Below, in pieces: positions 1 to 9,915 of a stretch of 64,000 nucleotides of DNA (position 1 is its first letter; each line of letters opens with the position of its first letter). A model generated the notes under the pieces. It worked only from the letters and a program-made list of their open reading frames with translations. It searched no databases and had not been told where the DNA came from. The stretch is from Escherichia coli (GTDB lineage Bacteria > Pseudomonadota > Gammaproteobacteria > Enterobacterales > Enterobacteriaceae): the NCBI RefSeq assembly GCF_048403405.1, contig NZ_CP183129.1, one strand, 5' to 3'. The position numbers and the translations under genes were made by a program.

Positions 1-960
1 GTAATTAAGATTCAGCCCGAGGTTATTTTGATTTTCGCCACTTTCACCCTGTTTATGCTGGGCCGTCACAGTGACTAATGGCACTGGGGTGTAATTTAAT
101 CCCAGACTCAACGCGACGGGATTGTGATAACCCGTACCAGAGTTAAACAAATCAACACGATCACCAAAATACTGTTCTACGCTGACACTGGTATTGAGGT
201 GTTGATAGAACGGCATGCGCATCCGGGCTGTCAGGTCGTACCCGCGCGCCATCCGTTGTTCCTGCGTGGCTGTCTGTTCGTGCCATGCAGCAAACGGCTG
301 GTAAAAGTTTGCCGATAGTCGCAAATATTCGCCCCACGCTTCGGCACCAAAGCCCGCTCGCTGAAGATTTTCGTCCAGCAAGTAGTCATAAAAAGTGTTA
401 TAACCCACCAGCCAGCTGCCGCGCGCCCAGCGTTGCCCAACGCCCACATTGCTCACCAACCCATCATCCTGCTGAGTAAGCCCCAGCTGGCTCCAGGTGA
501 GATAACGATCATTATCTTGTAACGGCACAAACCAGCTTCCACGACTGCCGGTGAAATGTCCTTCGTTATCCAGTTTGACGTCAACACTGGCATTTCCCCA
601 CGGTGATAGCCAGGACTCTACGTGCTGATTAACCTGTTGACTAAGCGCATCGCGGACTTTTCCCAATGCGAAAGCTTTTGCCTGCTCGCCAGTATCCAGC
701 CCGTTATCATTCATACTGGTTTCGCCGAAATCTTTCACAATTTCAGCAAAGTGTTTTTCCCCATCATGATTTTCAGGTGCCATGCCTAAATCCGGCAGAC
801 CATCATTGTTATTATCAAAGGGATTTGCCGCTTTTTGCTCGAAGGTAGATTGTGCGTTAGCTGTACCGCCTGCCGCCAGCAAGAGTAAATAAAACGGAAT
901 AATGCGAGGAACGAAACGGCTCAAAACGTCGGTAACTTCCGGTAAAAAATGAAAAACCAT
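1..960 (-). CDS. ychO: Invasin/intimin-family outer-membrane protein, N-terminal part; gene continues past the window start
   Basis: Minus-strand frame is open from the ATG at 958-960 to position 1 (translation MVFHFLPEVTDVLSRFVPRIIPFYLLLLAAGG...). It is absent from the supplied ORF track because it runs off the edge. Name from its position next to ychN in K-12, recalled from memory. Confidence 0.6.
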   Translation of the reverse strand, partial: MVFHFLPEVTDVLSRFVPRIIPFYLLLLAAGGTANAQSTFEQKAANPFDNNNDGLPDLGMAPENHDGEKHFAEIVKDFGETSMNDNGLDTGEQAKAFALGKVRDALSQQVNQHVESWLSPWGNASVDVKLDNEGHFTGSRGSWFVPLQDNDRYLTWSQLGLTQQDDGLVSNVGVGQRWARGSWLVGYNTFYDYLLDENLQRAGFGAEAWGEYLRLSANFYQPFAAWHEQTATQEQRMARGYDLTARMRMPFYQHLNTSVSVEQYFGDRVDLFNSGTGYHNPVALSLGLNYTPVPLVTVTAQHKQGESGENQNNLGLNLNY

Positions 961-988
961 AGCCCTAAAGAATAACGATTACTGGCAA

Positions 989-1092
<104 letters not shown>

Positions 1093-1109
1093 GAATACAG
1101 GAGTAAATA

Positions 1110-1463
1110 ATGCAAAAAATCGTGATCGTTGCCAATGGCGCACCTTACGGGAGCGAATCCTTGTTTAACAGCTTGCGGCTGGCCATTGCGTTACGAGAGC
1201 AGGAGAACAATCTGGATCTGCGTCTGTTCCTGATGTCTGATGCGGTCACAGCCGGGTTGCGCGGGCAAAAACCAGGGGAAGGCTACAACATTCAGCAAAT
1301 GCTGGAGATCCTTACCGCTCAGAATGTACCGGTGAAATTGTGCAAAACCTGTACCGACGGGCGCGGGATTAGCACACTTCCTCTGATTGATGGGGTGGAA
1401 ATCGGTACTCTTGTGGAACTGGCGCAATGGACGCTGTCAGCCGATAAAGTGCTCACATTTTAA
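1110..1463 (+). CDS. ychN: DsrE/YchN-family protein
   Basis: 117-aa ORF; sequence and position before chaC match K-12 YchN as I recall it. Confidence 0.85.
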   Translation: MQKIVIVANGAPYGSESLFNSLRLAIALREQENNLDLRLFLMSDAVTAGLRGQKPGEGYNIQQMLEILTAQNVPVKLCKTCTDGRGISTLPLIDGVEIGTLVELAQWTLSADKVLTF

Positions 1464-1471
1464 TGTTTGAG

Positions 1472-1488
1472 GGGGCGTCTGACGCCCC
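1472..1488. terminator. GC-rich hairpin between the convergent genes ychN and chaC
   Basis: Palindrome ggggcgtc/gacgcccc directly after the ychN stop; no clear T-run. Confidence 0.35.
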
Positions 1489-1506
1489 ACTATGAGGGAA
1501 GTTTAC

Positions 1507-2202
1507 TCAGGCGAATCCCGGCCGTAACACACCATCCGGATAATTCTCCGCCAGCAGTTTTTTTACCGATACCAGCAAATCATTCAGCCCATCGTCCTGC
1601 ATTCCCAGTTTGATAAGCTCCTGTTCCAGTGAAAACAGGTATTGTGCGTTGGTTCCCAGTGGACCGCTCGCCGCTGCAATCAACGGCGCGATGACCTGAG
1701 CGCGAGTGTCAGATTCATATTCTGGATGTCGCGGGTCCATAATAAACACAATGGCGTTTACTGTGCGTCCATCATCAAGATCAAGCTGACACCAGGTTGG
1801 CAGATAACAGCCGGTAATCATCTCGCGCTTCCACAACAGGGTTAGTTCCTGCTCCAGCGTCTCTTCTGGCAGTCGATAGGCGACGCCTGTGGTGCGTCCG
1901 CCCTCTTTCAGTGCAAGCATCCGTCCCGGCTGGTGCGCAGTCCCACGCCCGGCGGTCAGGCGCAGGCAAAACGCGCGATGCCATCCAACCAGTGTACCGG
2001 TGCACGACTCGGTAAACTCCAGTGCCGGATTCCACATCAACGATCCATAACCGAAGATCCACACCGGTCCCTCATCAGGTCGACAAGCCAGCGTCGCCGC
2101 CAGCGAAGCCGCCCGTTGCTCTGCTGACCATAAGAGTGATTCTTCAATGGCACCAAATGCCGTTTTACAATCGGCATTCATCAAGAAATCACGCGTTATC
2201 AC
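1507..2202 (-). CDS. chaC: Glutathione-specific gamma-glutamylcyclotransferase ChaC
   Basis: ORF 1507..2238; start trimmed to the GTG at 2200-2202, which has a GGAGG Shine-Dalgarno 6 nt upstream and gives VITRDFLMNADCK..., matching the K-12 ChaC N-terminus. Confidence 0.8.
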   Translation of the reverse strand: MITRDFLMNADCKTAFGAIEESLLWSAEQRAASLAATLACRPDEGPVWIFGYGSLMWNPALEFTESCTGTLVGWHRAFCLRLTAGRGTAHQPGRMLALKEGGRTTGVAYRLPEETLEQELTLLWKREMITGCYLPTWCQLDLDDGRTVNAIVFIMDPRHPEYESDTRAQVIAPLIAAASGPLGTNAQYLFSLEQELIKLGMQDDGLNDLLVSVKKLLAENYPDGVLRPGFA

Positions 2203-2359
2203 CTTACACCTCCGCCACTGCATACTTCCCTGCGACAACTTTTTGGTGTCTTCCGGACATTTTTACTGCTCATTTTGAAACCACTAACGGGACAATATGC
2301 AATCCACGGACCACTTGCAAGGCAACACCGCACGAATAGCTTTAACTAAGCTACCGGTT

Positions 2360-2590
2360 TTACGATTTTTTATGCCATTTATCATCATCCCCTTTGGCAT
2401 ATTCATGCTTCACAGCAGCCCAGGCCACTTTATGCGAGGTTTCTTCGCGACTGGCGTCATCACGCCGATCTTCTTTATCTTTATATTGCTCCCATGCGCT
2501 GTTAAACGCTTCTTTATAGATATCCTGAGCATGAGACGGTAGCACGTGCTTTACGCTTTCCGGCAGATCGCTTTTCGTTTTATACGGCAT
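2360..2590 (-). CDS. chaB: Cation transport regulator ChaB
   Basis: 76-aa ORF; size and sequence fit ChaB; lies between chaC and chaA. Confidence 0.85.
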   Translation of the reverse strand: MPYKTKSDLPESVKHVLPSHAQDIYKEAFNSAWEQYKDKEDRRDDASREETSHKVAWAAVKHEYAKGDDDKWHKKS

Positions 2591-2859
2591 CGTTGACTCC
2601 TTTTACAAAGTTGAACATTAAGTGTGGTCAACAATATCCACTCTTGCCAAAACATAAGAATTTTCATGTCAGACTCTTCTTAAGAAACGCTAAAACAAAC
2701 ATTGTCTAAACGCATTGCTTATTTTTATGGCCCGATGAGTAAAAAATCGACAGCGGGGTAAAAATTCGTAAAATGTTACCGATATCCAGACACTTTCTGT
2801 TATTTTTCCTACCTATTTTTTACATTTTCGATAAATTCATCTGCAAAGGGATAACCATA

Positions 2860-3960
2860 ATGTCAAATGCTCAAGAGGCGGTAAAAACCCGCCACAAGGA
2901 GACTTCGCTTATTTTCCCGGTTCTGGCGCTGGTAGTGCTGTTCCTGTGGGGAAGCAGCCAGACACTACCAGTGGTCATTGGCATCAATCTTCTTGCTCTT
3001 ATTGGTATTTTAAGTAGCGCCTTTAGTGTTGTCCGTCATGCGGACGTATTAGCCCATCGCCTGGGAGAACCTTACGGTTCGCTTATTCTTAGCCTTTCAG
3101 TGGTTATTCTTGAAGTCAGTTTGATTTCAGCTTTAATGGCAACCGGCGACGCCGCGCCAACGCTAATGCGTGATACGCTCTATTCAATCATTATGATTGT
3201 TACCGGTGGGCTGGTTGGCTTTTCATTATTGTTGGGCGGACGCAAGTTTGCCACCCAATATATGAATCTGTTTGGTATCAAGCAGTATTTAATTGCGTTG
3301 TTCCCCCTGGCGATAATCGTACTGGTATTTCCAATGGCTCTGCCTGCGGCGAATTTTTCAACCGGTCAGGCGTTACTGGTAGCATTAATTTCTGCGGCAA
3401 TGTATGGCGTATTTTTGCTGATCCAGACCAAAACGCATCAAAGTTTATTTGTCTACGAGCACGAAGATGACAGTGATGATGACGACCCGCACCACGGTAA
3501 ACCGTCTGCCCATAGCAGCCTTTGGCATGCTATCTGGTTGATTGTCCATCTGATTGCCGTTATTGCAGTCACCAAAATGAACGCCAGCCCGCTGGAGACA
3601 TTGCTCGACAGCATGAATGCCCCTGTCGCCTTTACTGGCTTCCTGGTGGCTCTGTTGATTCTGTCGCCGGAAGGTTTAGGTGCGTTAAAAGCAGTGTTGA
3701 ACAACCAGGTCCAGCGCGCGATGAATCTGTTCTTTGGTTCAGTGTTAGCAACCATTTCGCTTACCGTACCTGTCGTCACGCTAATTGCCTTTATGACGGG
3801 TAACGAATTGCAGTTTGCACTTGGTGCGCCAGAAATGGTAGTGATGGTGGCCTCTTTAGTGCTGTGCCATATCTCCTTCTCCACCGGACGTACTAACGTG
3901 CTCAATGGCGCAGCGCATCTGGCACTGTTTGCCGCCTATTTGATGACGATATTTGCCTGA
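2860..3960 (+). CDS. chaA: Ca2+/H+ (Na+/H+) antiporter ChaA
   Basis: Start taken at the internal ATG (2860) giving MSNAQEAVKTRHKETSLIFPVLAL..., 366 aa, polytopic membrane protein with the acidic DDSDDDD loop. Confidence 0.9.
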   Translation: MSNAQEAVKTRHKETSLIFPVLALVVLFLWGSSQTLPVVIGINLLALIGILSSAFSVVRHADVLAHRLGEPYGSLILSLSVVILEVSLISALMATGDAAPTLMRDTLYSIIMIVTGGLVGFSLLLGGRKFATQYMNLFGIKQYLIALFPLAIIVLVFPMALPAANFSTGQALLVALISAAMYGVFLLIQTKTHQSLFVYEHEDDSDDDDPHHGKPSAHSSLWHAIWLIVHLIAVIAVTKMNASPLETLLDSMNAPVAFTGFLVALLILSPEGLGALKAVLNNQVQRAMNLFFGSVLATISLTVPVVTLIAFMTGNELQFALGAPEMVVMVASLVLCHISFSTGRTNVLNGAAHLALFAAYLMTIFA

Positions 3961-4251
3961 CAGTTATATCTCCTCCGATGACAGAAATCGGGGGAGATAA
4001 TATAAATTCCTGCTTATTGTATTTCTTCATACTACCTGAACAGGTTGTTAATCAGAATTGCGAGCCTGTACCAGAACCTGCACGAAACCACTGCAACAGC
4101 TGTTGAAAAGCCGGAATGTACTCTTTATTGCAAACATTTCAGGGATGAAGTGAAGATGAATTGAGACGTAGTATCCACACCAAGCCGGCGTTATCCGGTG
4201 AGGCGCAATGTTGCGGGGGCTTTATCCCTGGTGGCATTGGTTGCTGGAAAG

Positions 4252-4318
4252 AGAAAACCCCCGCACGTTGAGAGGTAAAACCTGACAACAGAACGGGGGC
4301 TAATCTTGAACCATCAAC
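4252..4318 (-). ncRNA. rdl: Rdl antisense RNA, copy 1 (approximate position)
   Basis: Placed about 48 nt upstream of, and antisense to, the ldr start by analogy with K-12 ldrA/rdlA spacing (from memory); the region has complementary C5/G5 stems. Confidence 0.35.
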
Positions 4319-4365
4319 AATTCAAGAATAGCCGCAAAATGTTGTCATTACAACAAGGCGGCTAT

Positions 4366-4473
4366 ATGACGCTCGCGCAGTTTGCCATGATTTTCTGGCA
4401 CGACCTGGCAGCACCGATCCTGGCGGGAATTATTACCGCAGCGATTGTCAGCTGGTGGCGTAACCGGAAGTAA
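4366..4473 (+). CDS. ldr: Type I toxin Ldr (35 aa: MTLAQFAMIFWHDLAAPILAGIITAAIVSWWRNRK)
   Basis: ATG at 4366, TAA at 4471-4473; shorter than the 60-aa cut-off of the ORF track; matches the K-12 LdrA-type peptide. Confidence 0.85.
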   Translation: MTLAQFAMIFWHDLAAPILAGIITAAIVSWWRNRK

Positions 4474-4522
4474 GGTGAAAACGGGCGTCAGGCTGCCGTG
4501 ATGGCAATATGCGCCCGAAACC

Positions 4523-4554
4523 GGCCGCAGGTGTAACAGCCTGCGGCCTTTTTT
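4523..4554 (+). terminator. Rho-independent terminator of ldr copy 1
   Basis: Hairpin ggccgcag(N10)ctgcggcc followed by a T6 run. Confidence 0.8.
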
Positions 4555-4786
4555 GTCTTTATCTCTTCCACAAGTAAATATTGGCAACCCGAGCTGGAAG
4601 CATCATCCAGAGCACTCATGAAACGACTGTAACAGCTGTTGAAAAACCGGAATGCACTCTTCATTGCATACATTTCAGGGATGAAGTGAAGATGAATTGA
4701 GTCGTAGTATCCACACCAAGCCGGCGTTATCCGGTGAGGCGCAATGTTGCGGGGGCTCTATCCCTGGTGGCATTGGTTGCTGGAAA

Positions 4787-4853
4787 GAGAAAACCCCCGC
4801 ACGTTGAGAGGTATAACCTGACAACAGAACGGGGGCTAATCTTGAACCAGAAC
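4787..4853 (-). ncRNA. rdl: Rdl antisense RNA, copy 2 (approximate position)
   Basis: Same placement logic as copy 1, shifted by the 535-bp repeat period. Confidence 0.35.
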
Positions 4854-4900
4854 AATTCAAGAATAGCCGCAAAATGTTGTCATTACAACAAGGCGGCTAT

Positions 4901-5008
4901 ATGACGCTCACGCAGTTTGCCATGACTTTCTGGCACGACCTGGCAGCACCGATCCTGGCGGGAATTATTACCGCAGCGATTGTCAGCTGGTGGCGTAACC
5001 GGAAGTAA
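4901..5008 (+). CDS. ldr: Type I toxin Ldr, second copy (MTLTQFAMTFWHDLAAPILAGIITAAIVSWWRNRK)
   Basis: ATG at 4901, TAA at 5006-5008; differs from copy 1 by two residues. Confidence 0.85.
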   Translation: MTLTQFAMTFWHDLAAPILAGIITAAIVSWWRNRK

Positions 5009-5057
5009 GGTGAAAACGGGCGTCAGGCTGCCGTGATGGCAATATGCGCCCGAAACC

Positions 5058-5089
5058 GGCCGCAGGAGTAACAGCCTGCGGCCTTTTTT
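5058..5089 (+). terminator. Rho-independent terminator of ldr copy 2
   Basis: Hairpin ggccgcag(N10)ctgcggcc followed by a T6 run. Confidence 0.8.
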
Positions 5090-5129
5090 GTATCCGGCCC
5101 CATGAATAAATATCCTCCGGCATAGCCGG

Positions 5130-5815
5130 AGGTTTTTCAAATGCGCCTATAAGGCTCTCTTACCAGCCGCGCCCTAACAGGCGCACACGATCTGACATTT
5201 GCATCCAACTTCGTTACTTACGGCCCGTAAACGGGCTGCCCGGATAGGGAATCGATAACTGCTCTCCCATTTTATCCTCTTCAAGCTGGTGCTTTATGTA
5301 ATCCTGTATCTTCGCCGTGTTCTTACCCACCGTATCGACGTAGTACCCTCTGCACCAGAACTCCCTGTTCCTGTATTTGAATTTCAAATCACCAAACTGC
5401 TCGTAAAGCATCAGACTGCTTTTCCCTTTCAGATATCCCATAAAGCCGGATACGCTCATTTTGGGCGGGATCTCCACAAGCATATGGATATGATCTGCAC
5501 AGCATTCAGCTTCCAGAATCCGTACACTTTTCCACTCACACAGCTTTCTCAAAATACTGCCTATTGCTCTACGCTTCTCTCTGTAGAACACCTGTCTTCG
5601 GTATTTTGGCGCAAAAACTATGTGATATTTACAGTTCCATCGGGTGTGCGCTAAGCTCTTTTCGTTCCCCATTGGGACCCCCTTTTGATTTCTTGTTTGA
5701 CACTTGCAGTTGCCAGACCGCAAGGTGTTTTAACAAATCAAAAGGGGTTTTAATAACTGGCTTAAAGCTGAAAGCTTTCCGGAACCCCCAGCCTAGCTGG
5801 GGGTTTTCTGTGCAC
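5130..5815 (-). mobile_element. IS200-family insertion sequence (ends approximate)
   Basis: Contains a 152-aa IS200-type TnpA and, at its upstream end, the perfect hairpin aacccccagcctagctgggggtt (5783-5805). Sits between the ldr repeats and the kdsA stop, where my recollection of K-12 has no IS. Confidence 0.75.
5214..5672 (-). CDS. tnpA: IS200/IS605-family transposase TnpA (Y1 HUH type)
   Basis: Start at the ATG (complement of 5670-5672) with a GGGGG ribosome-binding site; MGNEKSLAHTRWNCKYHIVFAPKYRR...HIHMLVEIPPK is the classic IS200 TnpA sequence. Confidence 0.9.
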   Translation of the reverse strand: MGNEKSLAHTRWNCKYHIVFAPKYRRQVFYREKRRAIGSILRKLCEWKSVRILEAECCADHIHMLVEIPPKMSVSGFMGYLKGKSSLMLYEQFGDLKFKYRNREFWCRGYYVDTVGKNTAKIQDYIKHQLEEDKMGEQLSIPYPGSPFTGRK

Positions 5816-5866
5816 AAAAAAGCCTTAACGCAGAACGCTAAGGCTTTAGTTTTCAAGCAAAAAAGT

Positions 5867-6730
<864 letters not shown>

Positions 6731-6756
6731 TTAATCTTGAGTAAAATGTCGATTAA

Positions 6757-7566
6757 TTAATGCAGCACAATATGTTTATGCGCGATGTTATTTATTTGCG
6801 CACGGATCATTTCGCTGATCGGGTCTTCCGGACACTGTTCAACGAAATAACTTAAATCGTTCAACGCAACGTGTTCGCAATCCAGTTGCGCATAAATCAA
6901 CCCGCGATCGCGAATTTCATAGGGATCTTCCGGGTTGAATTGTAATAAAGCTTCGCTGGTGCGTAACGCCAGCTCCATCTGATTTTCTTCCATCAACGAA
7001 GCTTTGAGTGTATCCAGCAATTTGCGGATTACCTCAATGTTATCAGCTTCATCAAGGTCTTCATAAAACAGTTCCGCCGACGGGCTGATATTTCCCTTTA
7101 ACCATACATCCAGCATATGTTCGCTTAACGATTCACCGTTAAAAGGATTAATCAGCCAAATTTCGCCATCCGGACATTCAATGCGCAATATCAGCTGCGT
7201 CGGGAAAATCACCGGCAATAGCGGCAAATCGAGACGATTCGCGACCCATAATAAAACGGCACCTAATGATACCGCACTGCCCTGTCGATTCTTTAACACC
7301 TGGTCCAGCCATAATGCATCGGAAAGGCGATAAACGCCGCGTGAGGCTTTAAATCCCCAGTCGCCGTAAAACAGCGCGATCAGTTTTTCCAACTGCTCTT
7401 CTAAAGGCAGAAGCTGGCTGATTTCTTCCTTCGCCAGACTAACGAGACGCTCCAGTTCGTCGTAAACATCTTGCGAGGGAAAATCGCGGCGGATTGCTTC
7501 GCAAGCCAGGATCATGCCTTCGCACAATGGCGCTTTATTAAATTCGAAATCAGCTAACGATCTCAT
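6757..7566 (-). CDS. sirB1: SirB1 (YchA), invasion-gene-regulator homolog
   Basis: 269 aa; position between kdsA and sirB2 matches K-12. Confidence 0.85.
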   Translation of the reverse strand: MRSLADFEFNKAPLCEGMILACEAIRRDFPSQDVYDELERLVSLAKEEISQLLPLEEQLEKLIALFYGDWGFKASRGVYRLSDALWLDQVLKNRQGSAVSLGAVLLWVANRLDLPLLPVIFPTQLILRIECPDGEIWLINPFNGESLSEHMLDVWLKGNISPSAELFYEDLDEADNIEVIRKLLDTLKASLMEENQMELALRTSEALLQFNPEDPYEIRDRGLIYAQLDCEHVALNDLSYFVEQCPEDPISEMIRAQINNIAHKHIVLH

Positions 7567-7569
7567 GAC

Positions 7570-7962
7570 TTACCCCAGTAACGGTACTTTTGTGGTGGCG
7601 AGTTTAATGATGATGTACAGCACCACCAACGCCAGCGGGAAGGCAATAATGCGCGCCTGCTGACTGTGCATACGACGATAATCGAATGCAATAAAACCCA
7701 AAACGATATAAATGATAACTCCAAACAGCTTTTCAGTCAGCCACTGTGCCTGCCCGGAAAATGGCAGGATGTGCGCTTTAGCCATCAACGCAATGCCGCT
7801 TAACAATAACACCGTATCGACAACCGGCGGCACAATGCGCGTCCAACGAGCAAATGCCTGTGGATGCTTCTGATAACGTAGCCAGAAACGTAAGGTTAAT
7901 AGCCCTACAGAAAGCGCAATGCTAATGAGATGAACGCTAAGCAGTGTAGAAAAACTTGTCAT
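7570..7962 (-). CDS. sirB2: SirB2 (YchQ) inner-membrane protein
   Basis: 130-aa hydrophobic protein; overlaps the prmC stop by 4 nt. Confidence 0.85.
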   Translation of the reverse strand: MTSFSTLLSVHLISIALSVGLLTLRFWLRYQKHPQAFARWTRIVPPVVDTVLLLSGIALMAKAHILPFSGQAQWLTEKLFGVIIYIVLGFIAFDYRRMHSQQARIIAFPLALVVLYIIIKLATTKVPLLG

Positions 7963-8792
7963 TGATAATAGCGGCCGAGCGTTACGCGCTCGTTATCACC
8001 ATAGTCCCGACAGGTTTCGACGTCATGATATCCCGCGTGGATAAATGCCTGTCGCACCGCTTCGCCCTGCTGCCAACCATGTTCCAGAAGCAGAAAGCCG
8101 CCGGATACCAGCGCGTTACGCGACTGTTCGATGATATGCACAATGTCTGCCATTCCACTGTCTGCCGCAACCAGCGCAGTGAGCGGCTCAAAGCGAACAT
8201 CGCCTTGTTGAAGATGTGGGTCCTGCTCGTCAATATACGGCGGATTACTGACAATCATCGCAAACTGCTGCCCGGCTAGCGCGCTAAACCAGTCGCTTTG
8301 CAGAATATGGATGTTTTTGATCGCCAGATTCTGGGCATTACGTTGCGCCAGGGCGACAGCATCGGGCATACGATCTACAGCGGTAATTTCGCAGTCCGGG
8401 CGCTCGCTAGCCAGCGCCAGCGCAATCGCCCCGGTACCCGTCCCGAGATCGAGAATACGGCAAGGTTGTTCAGGCAACCGCGCCAGTGCCTGCTCCACCA
8501 GACACTCCGTATCCGGGCGCGGAATTAAGGTCGCTGGCGAAACAAATAACGGCAACGACCAGAATTCTCGCACCCCGGTTAAATGAGCAATGGGTTCACC
8601 ATCGCGACGACGTGTCAGTAGCGCATCAAGTTGCTGACATTGTTCGTCAGTCAGCTGCGTTTCACCAAAGGCGAGAATAAAAGTACGCCCTCTGCCGGTA
8701 ACATGCTCCAGCAGGATTTCAGCATCACGCCGCGGGCTTTCGCTCGCCTGAAGTTGGCTTATTGCTTCACGTAACCAGTGTTGATATTCCAT
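7959..8792 (-). CDS. prmC: Release-factor glutamine methyltransferase PrmC (HemK)
   Basis: 277 aa with SAM-binding motif LDLGTGTGAIALALA and the NPPY catalytic motif. Confidence 0.95.
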   Translation of the reverse strand: MEYQHWLREAISQLQASESPRRDAEILLEHVTGRGRTFILAFGETQLTDEQCQQLDALLTRRRDGEPIAHLTGVREFWSLPLFVSPATLIPRPDTECLVEQALARLPEQPCRILDLGTGTGAIALALASERPDCEITAVDRMPDAVALAQRNAQNLAIKNIHILQSDWFSALAGQQFAMIVSNPPYIDEQDPHLQQGDVRFEPLTALVAADSGMADIVHIIEQSRNALVSGGFLLLEHGWQQGEAVRQAFIHAGYHDVETCRDYGDNERVTLGRYYQ

Positions 8793-9874
8793 TATTCCTG
8801 CTCGGACAACGCCGCCAGTTGGTCGGCCTGATGTTCCTGGATAATCGGTTCAATCAGCATATCCAGCTTACCTTCCATCACTTCATCCAGGCGGTAGAGC
8901 GTCAGGTTGATGCGGTGATCGGTAACGCGCCCCTGCGGGAAGTTGTAAGTACGGTTACGGTCGCTGCGATCGCCACTCCCCAGCAGGTTACGACGGGTAG
9001 ACGCTTCGGCCTGTTGCCGTTTTGCCATTTCTGCAGCGTGGATGCGAGCACCGAGTACAGAAAGTGCTTTAGCTTTGTTTTTATGTTGTGAACGTTCGTC
9101 CTGACATTCAACAACAATCCCAGTCGGCAAGTGAGTAATACGAATTGCCGAATCGGTGGTGTTAACGTGCTGACCACCCGCCCCTGACGAGCGGAAAGTA
9201 TCAATGCGTAAATCTGCCGGGTTGATGTCCGGCAGTTCTGCGTCAGGCAGTTCTGGCATTACCGCAACGGTACAAGCAGAAGTATGAATACGCCCCTGCG
9301 ATTCCGTAGCAGGAACACGTTGCACGCGATGACCGCCAGATTCGAATTTCAAACGACCATATACACCATCACCGCTAATTTTGGCGATGATCTCTTTATA
9401 GCCACCATGTTCACCCTCGCTGGCGCTCATGATTTCTACACGCCAGCGGCGGGCTTCGGCGTAACGGCTGTACATACGGAACAGATCGCCAGCGAAGAGC
9501 GCCGCTTCGTCGCCGCCGGTTCCGGCACGGACTTCGAGGAAGGCGTTACGTTCGTCATCAGGATCTTTTGGTAGTAACAGAACCTGTAATTGCTGTTCCA
9601 GTTGCTCGCTTTTTTCTTTAGCTTCGCGCAGTTCATCCTGCGCCATCTCACGCATTTCAGGATCGTCGAGCATCATCTGTGCGGTTTCGATATCTTCCTG
9701 AACCTGTTGCCAGTCGGTAAAACAGCGCGAAACATCACTTAACTGCGCATATTCGCGTGATAATGCGCGAAAACGTTCCTGGTCGGCGATAGTTTGCGCG
9801 TCACCCAGCAACGCCTGAACTTCTTCATGGCGTTCATGCAGGGCTTCCAGTTTGGCAACGATAGAAGGCTTCAT
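8792..9874 (-). CDS. prfA: Peptide chain release factor 1
   Basis: 360 aa with the GGQ motif (SGAGGQHVN); 1-nt overlap with prmC. Confidence 0.95.
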
Positions 9875-9915
9875 AGGCGTAAATGCACCCTGTAAAAAAA
9901 GAAAATGATGTACTG

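Larger units (their letters stand above)
4086..5092. repeat. Two tandem ~535-bp ldr/rdl (type I toxin-antitoxin) repeat units
   Basis: Unit 1 (4086-4620) and unit 2 (4621-~5092) are near-identical, each with a 35-codon ldr ORF and a terminator hairpin. Confidence 0.9.

Noticed and set aside
3453-3905. Shadow ORFs inside chaA; similar internal ORFs occur in dauA, ycgV, dhaR, treA and the large cargo genes
   Set aside because: Embedded antisense or off-frame ORFs inside well-supported genes.
4348-5140. 79-, 61-, 65- and 85-aa minus-strand ORFs in the ldr/rdl repeats
   Set aside because: These overlap the known 35-codon ldr toxin genes on the opposite strand and the structured RNA region; the real coding units are the short plus-strand ldr ORFs.
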